Positions 44,020 through 55,708 are shown, counted from the stretch's first letter. The stretch: 64,000 nt of DNA from an uncultured Planctomycetaceae bacterium (GCA_963785305.1 CAWAUV010000008.1:1184001-1248000); one strand, 5' to 3'. Program-made: numbers and translations. The notes: generated by a model not told the origin, from the letters alone.

Positions 44020-45256
44020 GGGTGCGCCGAAACGCCACCAAATGTTCCTCGACACAGCGGCCCCAGGAGAATTGTTCGGCCCGGGCAAGCGCTCGCTGGG
44101 AAAGTTGTTCCCGCAATGAAGCATCGCGATATACCGTGTCGAGCGCCTGACCGAGCGAATCCTCGTCGCGCGGATCGATCAGGATACCGGCGTCGCCAAT
44201 CACCTCGGGTAACGAAGAAACTCGAGACGTGATGATCGCGGCGCCGCATTTCATTGCTTCCAGCACCGGCGAGCCGAAGCCTTCGTAGAGCGAAGGATAC
44301 ACGAAGGCCAACGCATCGCAATACAGCGGCGCGAGATCGGAATCTTCCACGAAGCCCGTGAATTTGACGCGCTCCCGCAATTCGGCCAAGCCCTCGACCG
44401 TCGTCAGGAGCGATTCGTAATTCCAGCCTCGCCCGCCCACCAACACGAGATTCAAATCATTATTGTGCGACCGGCGTGCCCATGCGGCGAAGGCCCGCAC
44501 CAGAAATGGCAAGTTCTTGCGCGGCTCGAGCGTGGCCACACTGAGCAAATACGGCCCCGGTGGCACACCGTATTTAGAGCGAACCGCGGCGCGAATCACT
44601 GGGTCGGGGCACGGATGAAAACGCGCGGAATTCGAACCCGGATAAATAACGCTGGTTTGCTCGGCGCTCACTCGCGTGAGCCGGCAAAGATCGCGGCGGG
44701 TCGATTCGCTCACGCAGATCACGTGATCGTCAGGACCGATGCTCGCTAAAATCCGCGCATGCACCGTGCGCTGCGACTCGGTGAAGCACTCGGGCATGAT
44801 CTCGGGCATGAGATCGTGGATCGTGAGAAATCGCTTTAAGCCGGCGCGGCGTGTTTGCCCCGTGAGCCGGCCGAAGGGCGAGTTGAAAATATCGGCCGCC
44901 CGGAGAGCCGGCGCGGGAATCTTATTGGCCACGATGTTGGCCCCGCGAATGGCAAGCTGCCAGGCAAGGCCGGCTAAGCGTCGTGCCGGTCGCCGGTCAC
45001 CGCGATCGTCCTGTGTCCAGCGAGCCGCGATGCTTGTCATGCGCTCGGCCAAGCGAACCGCGCCGACTCCGGAGGCGTCGAAGTCGGGATGTTCGCGGAG
45101 AAACTTGGCGGCTTCGACCACGCCATATAGAGAACCGGTCGCGCAAAAGGTGACCTGGCAATCCGCATGGCGCGGAAATTCAGTGCGCAACTCGCGCACC
45201 CAGCGGCCGAGGCCGGCGGTATTGCCCACGGTCGAAATATCGTACAAAACGCGCAT
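43976..45256 (-). CDS. Glycosyltransferase family 4
   Basis: TIHDL, VSEST, TLEPRKNL, YPSLYEGFGSPVLEAMKCG, SSLPEV. Confidence 0.93.
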   Translation of the reverse strand: MRVLYDISTVGNTAGLGRWVRELRTEFPRHADCQVTFCATGSLYGVVEAAKFLREHPDFDASGVGAVRLAERMTSIAARWTQDDRGDRRPARRLAGLAWQLAIRGANIVANKIPAPALRAADIFNSPFGRLTGQTRRAGLKRFLTIHDLMPEIMPECFTESQRTVHARILASIGPDDHVICVSESTRRDLCRLTRVSAEQTSVIYPGSNSARFHPCPDPVIRAAVRSKYGVPPGPYLLSVATLEPRKNLPFLVRAFAAWARRSHNNDLNLVLVGGRGWNYESLLTTVEGLAELRERVKFTGFVEDSDLAPLYCDALAFVYPSLYEGFGSPVLEAMKCGAAIITSRVSSLPEVIGDAGILIDPRDEDSLGQALDTVYRDASLREQLSQRALARAEQFSWGRCVEEHLVAFRRTLTESSMSPSRLESA

Positions 45257-45314
45257 TTCAAGGTTCTTGGAAAGAGTAAATCAATGCATTGAATTTAAGG
45301 GCGATGCGATATCG

Positions 45315-46257
45315 CTATTTGCTTGGACGACGCAAACAGCGGTACACACCGAGGGCCGGCAAGCCGATGAGCGATCGCCAGCGGCCGATTCGCAGGAAAG
45401 TCGGGGCGGCGAACGTATAGAGCTCCATCGCAAGTCGCCATTCGCCCGCTTGAATGTTGTTGTAAATCGCATGTCGCAGGATCGAAGCGAGAAACAGCAT
45501 TCGCTCCTTCTTGCGCCGGACCGCCGGGATATTCGCCGCGAGTTTCGCGGTCGCACATCAATCGGGCGCCGCGAGTACTGTGCGCCATGTCGAGCGATAA
45601 ATTTTGTTCATGGCGGCGATACCCAACCAGCAGTGGCTCCCGAACGATCGCCACCGGTCCCGCGAGGCCGATCCGCAGCGCCAATTCAAGATCTTCGGAG
45701 CCGATGCGCTCTTCCGAGAAACCGCCCGCAGCTCGAAAGATTTCGGGGCGAATCGCCATCGAACAGGTGCTGATCAGAATCGCATAACCATGGCGCGATT
45801 CATGCGCCGTCGAGTTCTCGGATTGATGCGCCGCGAAGCTGAGCATGTCGGTGAACACTTGCTCGTCGAGTGGCAGGCGCGAAACTGCCGCCAACTGCTC
45901 GGCGCGCGAACCTCGCAACGCTATAACAAAGCACCGCCGGGTTCCGGAGCTTGATCTCTTCGTCGAGCGTGGCGAGCGTCCAGGGAAACCACAAGTCGTC
46001 GCTGTCGAGAAAAACGATGTATTCGCCGCTCGCGCGGCGCAGCCGAGATTTCTCGCTGCCCCCGGACCGGGAATCGACTGGTTGAGCCAGTGGAGCGGAT
46101 ATTTAATCTCGGCCCGTTCTCGGCTGCCATCGGTCGAGCCGCCATCGACGATGATCACCTCGAAATCGCGAAATGTCTGCGCGAATACGCTCTCGAGCGC
46201 TTCCATGAGCAAATCGGCGCGATTCAACGTCGGGATCACGATTGAAAATCGAGGCAT
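45315..46257 (-). CDS. Glycosyltransferase family 2 (multiple frameshifts)
   Basis: FSIVIPTLNR, VDGGSTDGS, ARNLG, FLDSDD in an alternate frame, SEDLEL. Confidence 0.85.
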
Positions 46258-46359
46258 AATCTTCGGATTGAAAGAGAGCTTGTTCTTACTCTTCGCGACA
46301 TCGGCTCGCGCCGCGAAACGCGCGAATAGCGACGTGGCCCGCGAAAATGCGTTCGATCC

Positions 46360-47693
46360 TCACGTGCGCACGATCTTTTCGCGCTCCGTGCTAATCTTGT
46401 TCGTGATATTCCGAGTGTCGAGCACAAGCCTCGCGTGCCGCACGATCGTCGCGGCGTCAAACAAATCATGATCCACGGCGATCACCACGCAATCTTGTTC
46501 GGTCAGATATTCCGGCGCGAGCGCCTTGCTTTGCAAAGCCGGAAAATTCGACGCGCTCGAGAACACCACCCGCGGCACGAAGGGATCGTGGTAACTAACG
46601 ATCGCCCCCGCCGTGGCCAGCCGCTCAAGGATCGCAACGCCCGCGCTCTCGCGATAGTCGTCGACATTCTTCTTATAAGCCACGCCCAGCACCGCGATCT
46701 TGGCGCCCCGCGCGCTCGACCCCGCGCCTCGAGCGCCGAGATCAAACGCTCGACCACATAGCCAGGCATCGCCGCATTGATCTCGCCGGCCAGCTCGATC
46801 AGCGGCGTCTGGCCGCCGTGCTGCCGCACGATCCAAGTAAGATAGTGCGGATCGATCGGAATGCAATGTCCGCCTGGGCCCGGGCCGGGATAAAACGCCT
46901 GGAAACCAAACGGCTTCGTCGCGGCCGCGTCGATCGCTTGCCAAATGTCGATGCCCATGCGATCAAACGCCGTCTTCAACTCGTTGACCAAGGCAATGTT
47001 CACGGCGCGATAGACGTTTTCCAAAATCTTGCAGGCTTCGGCCAGCTCGCAACTGGCCACCGGCACAAGCCGCGGCGCCACATCGCGATACAGCGCCTCG
47101 GCCACGCGCTGGCTCGCGGGATCGGCGCCGCCCACGACTTTCGGCGTGTTGCGCGTGTCGTGGCGCTGGTTGCCGGGGTCGTGGCGCTCGGGGCAATAGG
47201 CCAGAAAGAAGTCGGCGCCCAGCCGCAGGCCCGAGCCAAGCAAGATCGGCGCGACCACATCCCGAGTCGTGCCCGGATAGGTCGTGCTCTCGAGCACGAT
47301 CAACTGTCCGGGCCTGAGCCGCGCCGCGATCTCGCGTGTGGCCGACTCGATCTGCGTGAGGTCGGGCTCGCGATCAGCCGTGAGCGGCGTCGGCACGCAA
47401 ATCACGATCGCGTCGGCCTCGCCCAGCCGCCGCATATCGCCCGTGGCCTCGAGCGCTCCACGTCGAACGCCCGCGTCGCCTGGGTCTCCGCCGGCTTGCG
47501 CTCTGCTCGCGCCGATGCGGTTGAGCTTTGCCGGGTCGACATCGAATCCCAGCGTGCGAAAGCCAGCGGCGGCAAACGCCTGGGCCAGCGGCAGGCCGAC
47601 ATATCCGAGCCCGACCACGCCGACCACGGCCGTTTTTTCGCGTAGCAAAGCTTCCAGCTTCAGTTCGGCGCCAGGACTCGAAGATTGCGACAT
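46360..47693 (-). CDS. UDP-N-acetylhexosamine dehydrogenase (WbpA/WecC-like), frameshift near 46725
   Basis: VGLGYVGLPLA, CVPTP, LESTTYPGTT, KILENVYRAVNIALVNE, GGHCIPIDP, GVAYKKNVDDYRES. Confidence 0.92.
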
Positions 47694-47818
47694 GGAGCGG
47701 CCAGTTGAACTGAAAGAGTGCCAAAGGGAAGGCGATTCGACGGGAGACGCGAGCCACGCGATTGCAGCCGCCGATTGCGCCGCGCGTGCTCAGCCAAAGA
47801 CTCCATCGTAACACAGGT

Positions 47819-47860
47819 TTGCCCGCCAGGCGCGATTGGGATTGCCCGCCAGGCGCGATT
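47819..47860. repeat. 19-bp direct repeat x2 (period 23 bp) in divergent intergenic region
   Basis: TTGCCCGCCAGGCGCGATT at 47819 and 47842. Confidence 0.8.
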
Positions 47861-48055
47861 CGGCGCAACGCTCGCAACGACCGGCCGAACCCATTCGACA
47901 CGCGTCGCTCGCGCGAATCGAATATTCGGCAAACTCGGTAATCACTGCCGCTTCAAAACGGCGGCGAGTCGCGGAATTGCGACTCTAGCCGGCGGCGACC
48001 GCACGTTATAATAGTCCGATCGAACCAAGCAATTCCCCGCCTGACCCTGGCAGCC

Positions 48056-48609
48056 ATGCTCCACCCAGTTCGACGCGCCGTTTTCCTCGATCGCGATGGC
48101 GTGCTCAATGCGATTTCGGTCGTCGAGGGCGTGCCACATCCGCCCGACGGCCCGGCCGAGCTCGAGATTCTGCCCGGCGTTGCTGGCGCGCTGGCTCGGC
48201 TGCGGGCAAGCGGCTGGGAGCTCATTGTAGTGACCAACCAACCCGACGTGGCCCGGGGCGCCAAACTCGCGAGGCCGTCGAGGCGATCAACGCCCGATTG
48301 CGCGAGTCGCTGCCGGTCGATGAGATCGTGGTGTGTTACCACGACAATGCCGACGCCTGCTCGTGCCGCAAGCCGAAGCCCGGCATGTTGATCGCCGCCG
48401 CGGGGCGACGCGGCATCGCGCTCCCCGCGAGCTACATGGTGGGCGATCGCTGGAGCGATGTGGCGGCCGGCGCCGCGGCCGGTTGCCGCACGCTGCTCAT
48501 TGATAAGTTCTACAGTCAGGCCCAAAAATGCCAGCCCGACCACGCGGTCGACGATTTGCCCGCGGCGGTCGACCTGATCTTAAACGCGACCCAGGCGCGC
48601 GAAACGTAA
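48056..48609 (+). CDS. gmhB: D-glycero-D-manno-heptose 1,7-bisphosphate phosphatase (HAD-IIIA), frameshift near 48265
   Basis: AVFLDRDGVLN, VVTNQP, CYH....CSCRKPKPGML, MVGDRWSD. Confidence 0.88.
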
Positions 48610-48629
48610 ACCCCAGCACACGGAATCCC

Positions 48630-49346
48630 ATGAAAACTCTCGAATCGCTGCGAGTGAAAATCTTTGCCGATGGGGCCGACAAAGCCGGCATGCTCGAAAT
48701 GGCATCGCTGCCCCATATCGCCGGCTTCACGACCAATCCCACCTTGATGCGCAAAGCCGGCATTACCGACTATCGCGCGTTTGCCCTCGATGTGCTGAGC
48801 GTGATTCGCGATCGGCCGATTTCGTTCGAAGTCTTCGCCGACGACTTCGCCGAAATGGAGCGGCAAGGCCGCATGATCGCCGAGTGGGGCGACAATGTGT
48901 ATGTGAAGATTCCGGTGACCAACACCAAAGCGGCCCCGGCCTACGACCTGATTCGCCGCCTGGCCCAGGCCAAAGTCAAGCTGAATGTCACGGCCCTGAT
49001 GACGCTGGCCCAAGTGCGCGATGTGTCGGCCGCCCTCGCCGACCACGCGCCGAGTTGCGTGAGTGTGTTCGCCGGCCGCATCGCGGATACGGGCGTCGAC
49101 CCGACGCCGATGATGACCGCCGCGGTGGCGATGCTCGCGCCGTATAAGACTCAAGAGCTGATCTGGGCCAGCCCTCGCGAGTTGTTGAACATTTTCCAAG
49201 CCGACGCGATCGGCTGCCAGATCATCACAGTGACGAACGATGTGCTGAAAAAGCTAAGCCTGGTGGGCAAGGATTTGACTGACTACTCGCTAGACACCGT
49301 AAAAATGTTCCACGACGACGCCACGAAAGCGGGTTTCACGCTGTGA
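48630..49346 (+). CDS. Short transaldolase associated with heptose genes
   Basis: IFADGAD, GFTTNPTLM, ISFEV, YVKIP, NVTA, SVFAGRIADTG, WASPRE. Confidence 0.9.
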   Translation: MKTLESLRVKIFADGADKAGMLEMASLPHIAGFTTNPTLMRKAGITDYRAFALDVLSVIRDRPISFEVFADDFAEMERQGRMIAEWGDNVYVKIPVTNTKAAPAYDLIRRLAQAKVKLNVTALMTLAQVRDVSAALADHAPSCVSVFAGRIADTGVDPTPMMTAAVAMLAPYKTQELIWASPRELLNIFQADAIGCQIITVTNDVLKKLSLVGKDLTDYSLDTVKMFHDDATKAGFTL

Positions 49347-49435
49347 GCTACGCACGCCTGTAAACAACTTGCGGCGCGCGTTTCGCGCGATTGTCTGATA
49401 GACCGCCCAGCGGCTGCGCGAAACCGAGCTGGGCA

Positions 49436-50337
49436 TCAAAAAATCTTCCAACCCGGGAGAAGCAGCCCGGAAAGATCGGGATTCCGGTCGGTATACCACC
49501 GCCGAGGAGCGCACACGATCTTTTGCGGATCGCGTCCGAGCCAAGCGCCCCACCAGCTCAGGGTGCTGTTGGGAATGATAAAGTGTTTGCAAAGCGACAT
49601 TAGATGCAAATCTTCGTGAGCATCGTGGGGGCCGTTGTGCATCACGAAGGTTGCGGGAAACGGCAACTTCAAATGTTCCTTGGCCCATTGGGGATCGTCG
49701 GCAAACACGAACGCCTCACAGGTCGGCTCGGTCAGGGCGATGAATTCGGCCGCCGAAGTGTAGTAGGCGAGTGGCGACTGCCCGAAGCTCTGGATAACGC
49801 CATCGCTCAGCGTGGACCCGCTGGCGCTCACGCCGTGAAGCCGTCGCACATGCACGCATAAAGAAGGCGTATCGCGAATGCGACGAGCCACTTGCTCCGT
49901 CGCGGCGCTTGGAGCGTGGCGGAGCGTGAATTCTTCACGCAAAAGTTCCTTGCTGTCCGCGAAGTAACTAGCATGTTGCCAAAAACCGAAAAGATAGACG
50001 TCGTCGCGGCAGCGAAGCACGTTGGGATCGTAGGAAAATTGCTTCCGCGGAGGCTCCACGAGCACAGTGCGCCGGTAATACGGCTTGAGTCGCCGCACTA
50101 TACGGTATAAATGCCAAGGCATGCGAGGCACGGTCAAGCGATGAATATCGGCCTGCGAAGCGAACTTCTCGTGGATATTGAAGGCGCCGAGCGAGTAGCG
50201 GCGTTCGTAGGGATCACGATCGAATCCGGCGTTGACATCGAGCTTGAGTTCGCCCCGCTTTTTTGCGCCAGTTCGCGCGCCATCGCATATTGAAACAGTT
50301 GATTTCCTAGCCCTCCATGCAGTTTGACGATGATCAT
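49436..50337 (-). CDS. GT11 alpha-1,2-fucosyltransferase-like (frameshift near 50270)
   Basis: IIVKLHGGLGNQLFQYA, GFWQ, VHVRR, FADD, NSTLSWWGAWL. Confidence 0.92.
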
Positions 50338-50469
50338 ATGCCGAGTCTGCCAAAATACGATCAAAGACAAATCCGACGAATGCGCGGATTAACGGAAAAC
50401 GGCGCCGGCGGGACGGGCTTTCGCCACCGCCAAGAAGTAGGCCGCGACCGATTCCGGCGCAAACAAATA

Positions 50470-51126
50470 TCATGGGTTTGGAAGGCATGAGCCGCTGTAA
50501 ATACGGATAATATCGTCCTTGACCTCAAAGCTCCACCCGGGCATTCGCTCCGAGACAACGCTTCGGACATCGTCGAGCGTCGGGAAGTCATGCGTGCCGA
50601 TGAAGAGCCGGGCGTCGTCGATCAACACCACATTCGACTCGTGCGGATGTTCGAAAATAGCGTCGAGCTCTTGCATGATGGGAGTCTCTATATCTCCCCG
50701 AGCACTTCTGCTCGCCGGGGTAAAATGTCCATCGAGCCAAAACAGACATGGCGGCTCGATTTCCTTTAAAAGGCCGGGGAGTATCTTGGCGCTGTCTCCG
50801 TGAATAATGCGTATGCCGGGAAATCTCGAAAAACGTTCTGCGTTCTCTTGTTGCAGTTGCGGACTCAACTCGATGGAAACAATCGTCTTAAACGCCTTTT
50901 TGCATGCATTTACCATGTCGCCATGAAATGTGCCGGTCTCTATAAGAGTAACGAGCCCTCGCTCCTTGCCGATCGCGAGGACGGTCTTTCGTTTGAACGC
51001 CTCGGGGGGCGGCGCGGGACGACCTGCTTGTTTCCAGTTGCGAATCGCTATTCGCGCCAACCACTTGCGTCGCAACTGGCGAAGCGGAATATATAATGGG
51101 GTCCGTTTTAGTATCGAAATAAACAT
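50470..51126 (-). CDS. Class I SAM-methyltransferase-like protein (copy 1)
   Basis: LIETGTFHGD, VSIELS, IHGDS, LFWLDGH, LIDDARLF. Confidence 0.75.
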   Translation of the reverse strand: MFISILKRTPLYIPLRQLRRKWLARIAIRNWKQAGRPAPPPEAFKRKTVLAIGKERGLVTLIETGTFHGDMVNACKKAFKTIVSIELSPQLQQENAERFSRFPGIRIIHGDSAKILPGLLKEIEPPCLFWLDGHFTPASRSARGDIETPIMQELDAIFEHPHESNVVLIDDARLFIGTHDFPTLDDVRSVVSERMPGWSFEVKDDIIRIYSGSCLPNP

Positions 51127-51167
51127 GGCTTCAGCTCTCCAAAGGCCCGGGTTAATCGGACGAATAA

Positions 51168-51720
51168 TTAAACTAAGCGAATTTCAGCCGAACTTCGATC
51201 ACCATGGCAAACGCGAGAACATCTTCCCGAGTAGCCAGCGGGTCGACTGAAGCCAACTCGGCCGCAACGCGGTGTTTGGCGGATTCCAGGACATCTCCGT
51301 CGCGGCCTCGTCATCGTCGAGATACTGATGATATGAAATCGACCTAAACCCTCGAAAACTCGCGACGGCCGCATGCGCCAAAAATCACCGAAATATCGGC
51401 GCTTGCTGGACCAGTCGGAGCCTCCTAAGCTGATGAAGCGGTCCGGGAAATAATCACACAGGTAATTTCCGCAGGTCTCGAATTCGGAAAAGCCGGAGGA
51501 GCGTTCGCACTCGTCAAGTTTCGCGACTGCGGAAATGACCGCTTCAATCCAGGACTCCCCTGGGTGGCGATTCTCGATTGTCCGGATAATGTCTTCCAGG
51601 ATGGCGATGTCGAAAGCCATGTAATCAACGATGAACGACAATCACGTTTCGAGCCTGCCCGATAATTTCGTGCGAATGATTGTTTCCAGCCACGATAGAA
51701 GTCGGAGATATTCGAAGTGC
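51168..51720 (-). pseudogene. N-terminally truncated remnant resembling DUF6492 (GT-like) family
   Basis: SFIVDYMAFD...IE.RH..SW...SGFSEFETCGNY; no start region because it begins right at the FkbM stop; frameshifts. Confidence 0.45.
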
Positions 51721-51727
51721 CGCGCCG

Positions 51728-52549
51728 CTACAAAACAATGCCGCCAGCCAGCCGGCCTTTCGCTACGGCCATGTAGTTCGTCGTCACGAATTGTTCGTTA
51801 AATTCTCCGTAACGGTGAATGGGATTAAAATATCCTGAAGGAGTGATCCTGAACAATTCCATACCCGCTCGTACGAAAAACAGCCAATAATCCTTGAAGA
51901 ACGAACGCGTGTCGATATTACAACCACCGAATTCGAAAGTGACAACGTCGATCGCTTGGCGGCGGAACAACGCGGAGGCGCCGACGAGCGCGTTGAGCTC
52001 GTGTCCCTCGATATCGAGTTTCAGTAGATTGATTCGGCAAATATTATTTTCGGAGCAATAGTCATCGATCGTCGTGAGACGGACGACTTCGGATTTATCA
52101 AACAGGGTTTGTTCGTGAACGAGATTCCGTTTCGTGAGCGAGGCGAGCCCCGATCCCGGTTCATCATAGTGCAGCACGGCTTCGCCGCATTCCTTTCCGA
52201 CGCCGACGTTATTCATTCGAATCTTGGAATTTGCCGGAACTGCATTGCGTAGGAGCGCAAAAGTTTCGCGTCCGGGTTCGAAACAATGGATTTCCAGTTC
52301 GCCTTGCGGAAGATTCGCGAGGACAAGTTGCAGAAACTGCCCGCGATTGGCGCCTACATCGAATACACGGTACGGTGCATCGCATGTTTTCGAGAGCGCG
52401 CGAAAAATCGCGCGCTCGCCGCTCGAGGCCACACCCGCGCCCGATCCTACTCCCAACAAAAAGAGCGAACGTTGAACATTTCGCTCCAAGACGCCTTGGG
52501 CATAGGCGCATCCTGAAAGTCTAATTGCGAGACGCCTTAGGATCGACAT
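51728..52549 (-). CDS. FkbM-family methyltransferase
   Basis: VFDVGANRGQF, HCFEP, TIDDYC, LLKLDIEGHE, FEFG. Confidence 0.92.
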   Translation of the reverse strand: MSILRRLAIRLSGCAYAQGVLERNVQRSLFLLGVGSGAGVASSGERAIFRALSKTCDAPYRVFDVGANRGQFLQLVLANLPQGELEIHCFEPGRETFALLRNAVPANSKIRMNNVGVGKECGEAVLHYDEPGSGLASLTKRNLVHEQTLFDKSEVVRLTTIDDYCSENNICRINLLKLDIEGHELNALVGASALFRRQAIDVVTFEFGGCNIDTRSFFKDYWLFFVRAGMELFRITPSGYFNPIHRYGEFNEQFVTTNYMAVAKGRLAGGIVL

Positions 52550-52617
52550 TTGATATTTCGGCGTAAGTGTTAGCGAGCTGTGCGGCTTGGCAATGAATCA
52601 AGCGTGGTCGGCCCGCG

Positions 52618-53404
52618 TTATTGAATCGGCAACGGACGCTCAAACCAGAAGCATCCGCAACCATAAGTTTGAGCATCGGCAAGCGCGGGTGACGGATTGT
52701 TCAGTAGGCCCCCGGCGATAGGATCATCTCGGAATCAGCCTCCATTCCCGAAGTTTCAATTCTGGGAACGCTTCTAGAATTTGCCGGTACGCATAGATAC
52801 GATGCGCGTTGAACTGAATGACTGGTTTGCCGACCGGCACCACAAAGAGCAGAGAGCCGCCGGGCGCCAACACTCTCGCGAGTTCGCGCATTGCTCTCAA
52901 GTCTCCGTCGGGATCTAAAGGGTCGCCATAGCGCCCCAGTCCGATGTGCTCCACGACATGCATGCACGACAGCGAAGGGATGCTTTGGTCCGCGAAAGCC
53001 AAGGCGGTCAGATCGGCCGCTCCCGAAGTGAGGTCCGATAGTTGGATGTCGGCGGGACGAAAATCGTAAAAATCTACCGGACAAAACGCGGAAGCGATCG
53101 CGCTGAAATAAAGCGCCGACGATATATCGACATGCGTGGCTGGCTTCGTCCTAGCCAGAATTCTCGCTGCCCATGCTGTGTGATAAATGTAATGCCGATC
53201 GAAGTCCGTCATGGACGTGTCATCACCCAGACAGGGAAAACGATCCTCCCAAGATAATCTGAAACCCCGATCACTCGTTTTGGAAAGGCGATAAAAATCT
53301 TTGAATTGGCCGCGAAGCCACATCATTCCCTTGCGTGTTTTGTAAAGCCGAGAAAGCTTACGTGCGAAGAGAGCTATATTGGAAACAACCATTTTCATGA
53401 ACAT
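52618..53404 (-). CDS. DUF268-type SAM-methyltransferase-like protein (frameshift near 52730)
   Basis: FDRHYIYHTAWAAR, SLSCMHVVEHIGLGRYGDPLDPDGD, FNAHRIY; C-terminal YGCGCFWF in the second frame. Confidence 0.85.
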
Positions 53405-53481
53405 CGAGTGATCCCGCTTTCATGCCCGACCGGCTTTTTTTCGCAACGTAGAATCTCGCAGAATAAGTGATGTTGCTCAAA

Positions 53482-54126
53482 TCAAGGACGCGCGTCTTTG
53501 TAAATTCGAATAATATCGTCCTTTACCTCGAAGACCCACCCGGGCATTCGTTGCGCAATAAGGGTCCGAAGTCCTTCGAGCGTGGGGTAATCATCGGCGC
53601 CGTTGAAAAGGCGCGCATCGTCTATGAGGACGACGTTGGAATTATGCGGGTGTTCGAAAATTGCGCCGAGTTCATGAATGATCGGTGTATCGACATTCCC
53701 ACGAGCCGTAATTCCAGAGCAATAGTGGCCATCGAGCCAAAAAAGACATGGAACCTCAATCTCGTTTAAGATCTCGGGCAGTATTTGGGCGCTGTCGCCA
53801 TGGAATAGCCGCACATTTGGTGATTTTGAAAATCGCCGAACGTTTTCTTTGTACAATTCTGGGCTTAGTTCGACGGACACAACCGTTTTGAATGTGTCTT
53901 TGCAGGCGTTCAACATGTCGCCATGAAATGTTCCTGTTTCGACGAGCGTATTGAATTTGCGCCTGCTTGGCAATTTCTAGAACCGTCCGGCGCTTAAAGA
54001 CTTCCGGCGGGGCGCGGGACGCCCTGCTCGCTTCCATCGCTGAACCGCCATATGATCCGAATATGCGAAATGAAGCTTGAGGAGCAGGTGAAATAGCGGC
54101 GTCTTCTTAATAATCGGTTTTAGCAT
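53482..54126 (-). CDS. Class I SAM-methyltransferase-like protein (copy 2, paralog of 50470..51126), frameshifted
   Basis: MLKPIIKKTPLF...LVETGTFHGD...LFWLDGH...VVLIDDARLF...RMPGWVFEVKDDIIRIY. Confidence 0.8.
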
Positions 54127-55414
54127 GGTTCTTGGGTTCGCCGAAGGCGTCGTGTGAGTCCAAATGCAACGGTTTTGTTTGATTGATCGGCTCGAGATCG
54201 TAAGGCATTGGGTTTAGAATCACCCCGCAACCAGATATTCGTACAAGGTTCAACCCGTCGCTCACCGGCGCAACATCCAACACCGCTGGACCAATGTTGA
54301 AATAAATTGCCCGCTCGTATTCGGATAATCCGATTGCAAGGGTATATCGTCCAGGTTCGAGCCATAAAGTCGGTTCGTAAAATACGACATCGTATTCCCC
54401 GGGCGCGATCGGGCGCGGATCCGTCCACGTCGTCCGAAGCGACGTTTCTGCCGGCGTCATAATGCCCATTCCAATAATGAAATGCTCTAGCGGAGCGCAA
54501 ATGCGAAAACGCACCCGGACCTGCCAAGGCTTCCCCACGGGGATCGAAACCGCGGAGCGACCTTGTTCATCTTCGACAGTCGCCGTAATCGCATAGCCGG
54601 GAGTGACGGGCTCCGTCGGTGGGGGCAATTCGTACGTCAATTGCGACTTGCTAGACTGTGACAAATATGACTCAATTACTGACGACACCGGTCCCTCGGC
54701 GAGGATGCGTCCGTCGTCCATCAGAAGCGCACTTTGGCAAAGTTTCCGAACCGCTTCCATGTTGTGGCTCACGAATAGAACCGTGCGGCCGTGCTTGGCG
54801 ACATCGGTCATCTTGCCGAGGCACTTTCGCTGAAATGCGATATCGCCGACCGCCAATACTTCATCCACAACGAGGATTTCCGGCTCCATATTCGCCGCTA
54901 CCGCGAAGGCCAGCCGCATGTACATGCCGCTCGAGTAGCGTTTGACCGGGGTGTCGACGAATCGTTCCACTTCGGCGAAGGCCACGATCTCGTCGAACTT
55001 GCGCGTGATCTCGGCGCGGCTCATGCCCAGGATGGCGCCGTTCATGTAGATGTTTTCGCGACCGCTCAGTTCCGGGTGAAAACCGGTGCCGACTTCCAGC
55101 AGGCTGCCCACGCGGCCGTGGATCGTGGCCCGGCCGGAAGTGGGCTCCGTGATGCGGGAAAGGATTTTTAGGAGCGTGCTTTTGCCCGCGCCATTGCGGC
55201 CGATGATGCCCATCACCTCGCCGTGCCGCACTTCGAACGATATGTCTTTAAGCGCCCAGAGGATTTGGGCCTCGCGTTCCGCTTCCGAGGGCCGCGAAAA
55301 CGGGCGGGCCAAGCTCGTCATCAGCGAATCGCGCAGCGAACGGTAACGCTCTCGCGGCCGGCCCACGAGATAGCGCTTCGACAGTTCATTGACGCGAATG
55401 GCGATGTCGCTCAT
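54107..55414 (-). CDS. wzt: Polysaccharide ABC exporter ATPase with C-terminal Wzt_C domain
   Basis: GRNGAGKSTLLK, YSSGMYMRLAFAVA, VDEVLAVGD, VSH, plus a ~170 aa C-terminal beta domain. Confidence 0.95.
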   Translation of the reverse strand: MSDIAIRVNELSKRYLVGRPRERYRSLRDSLMTSLARPFSRPSEAEREAQILWALKDISFEVRHGEVMGIIGRNGAGKSTLLKILSRITEPTSGRATIHGRVGSLLEVGTGFHPELSGRENIYMNGAILGMSRAEITRKFDEIVAFAEVERFVDTPVKRYSSGMYMRLAFAVAANMEPEILVVDEVLAVGDIAFQRKCLGKMTDVAKHGRTVLFVSHNMEAVRKLCQSALLMDDGRILAEGPVSSVIESYLSQSSKSQLTYELPPPTEPVTPGYAITATVEDEQGRSAVSIPVGKPWQVRVRFRICAPLEHFIIGMGIMTPAETSLRTTWTDPRPIAPGEYDVVFYEPTLWLEPGRYTLAIGLSEYERAIYFNIGPAVLDVAPVSDGLNLVRISGCGVILNPMPYDLEPINQTKPLHLDSHDAFGEPKNHAKTDY

Positions 55415-55708
55415 ACTGGCTTAAATGCCTGTCGGAAGGCGTTGTTCATACCGCGGACGACAACGTGTCCGAGACCCCGCGGTCCGTGAGACGTCGTGAC
55501 CCTTCGATTATCCCGGAAACGCGGCCCGGGCGGCGAGCGGTTTTTAGCACACGTGAATCAGGCGGCGGCAAAACAGCCGCGGACTTGGTGATTCGATAAT
55601 TATAGCCCGCGGATGCGCGGGTCGCCAGAAGCGCGGCTGGCCCGTATTATCGGAACATCCGGCCGCGATCCGCACAAGCGTTCCTCATCGCATTCTAGTC
55701 GATCGCCC

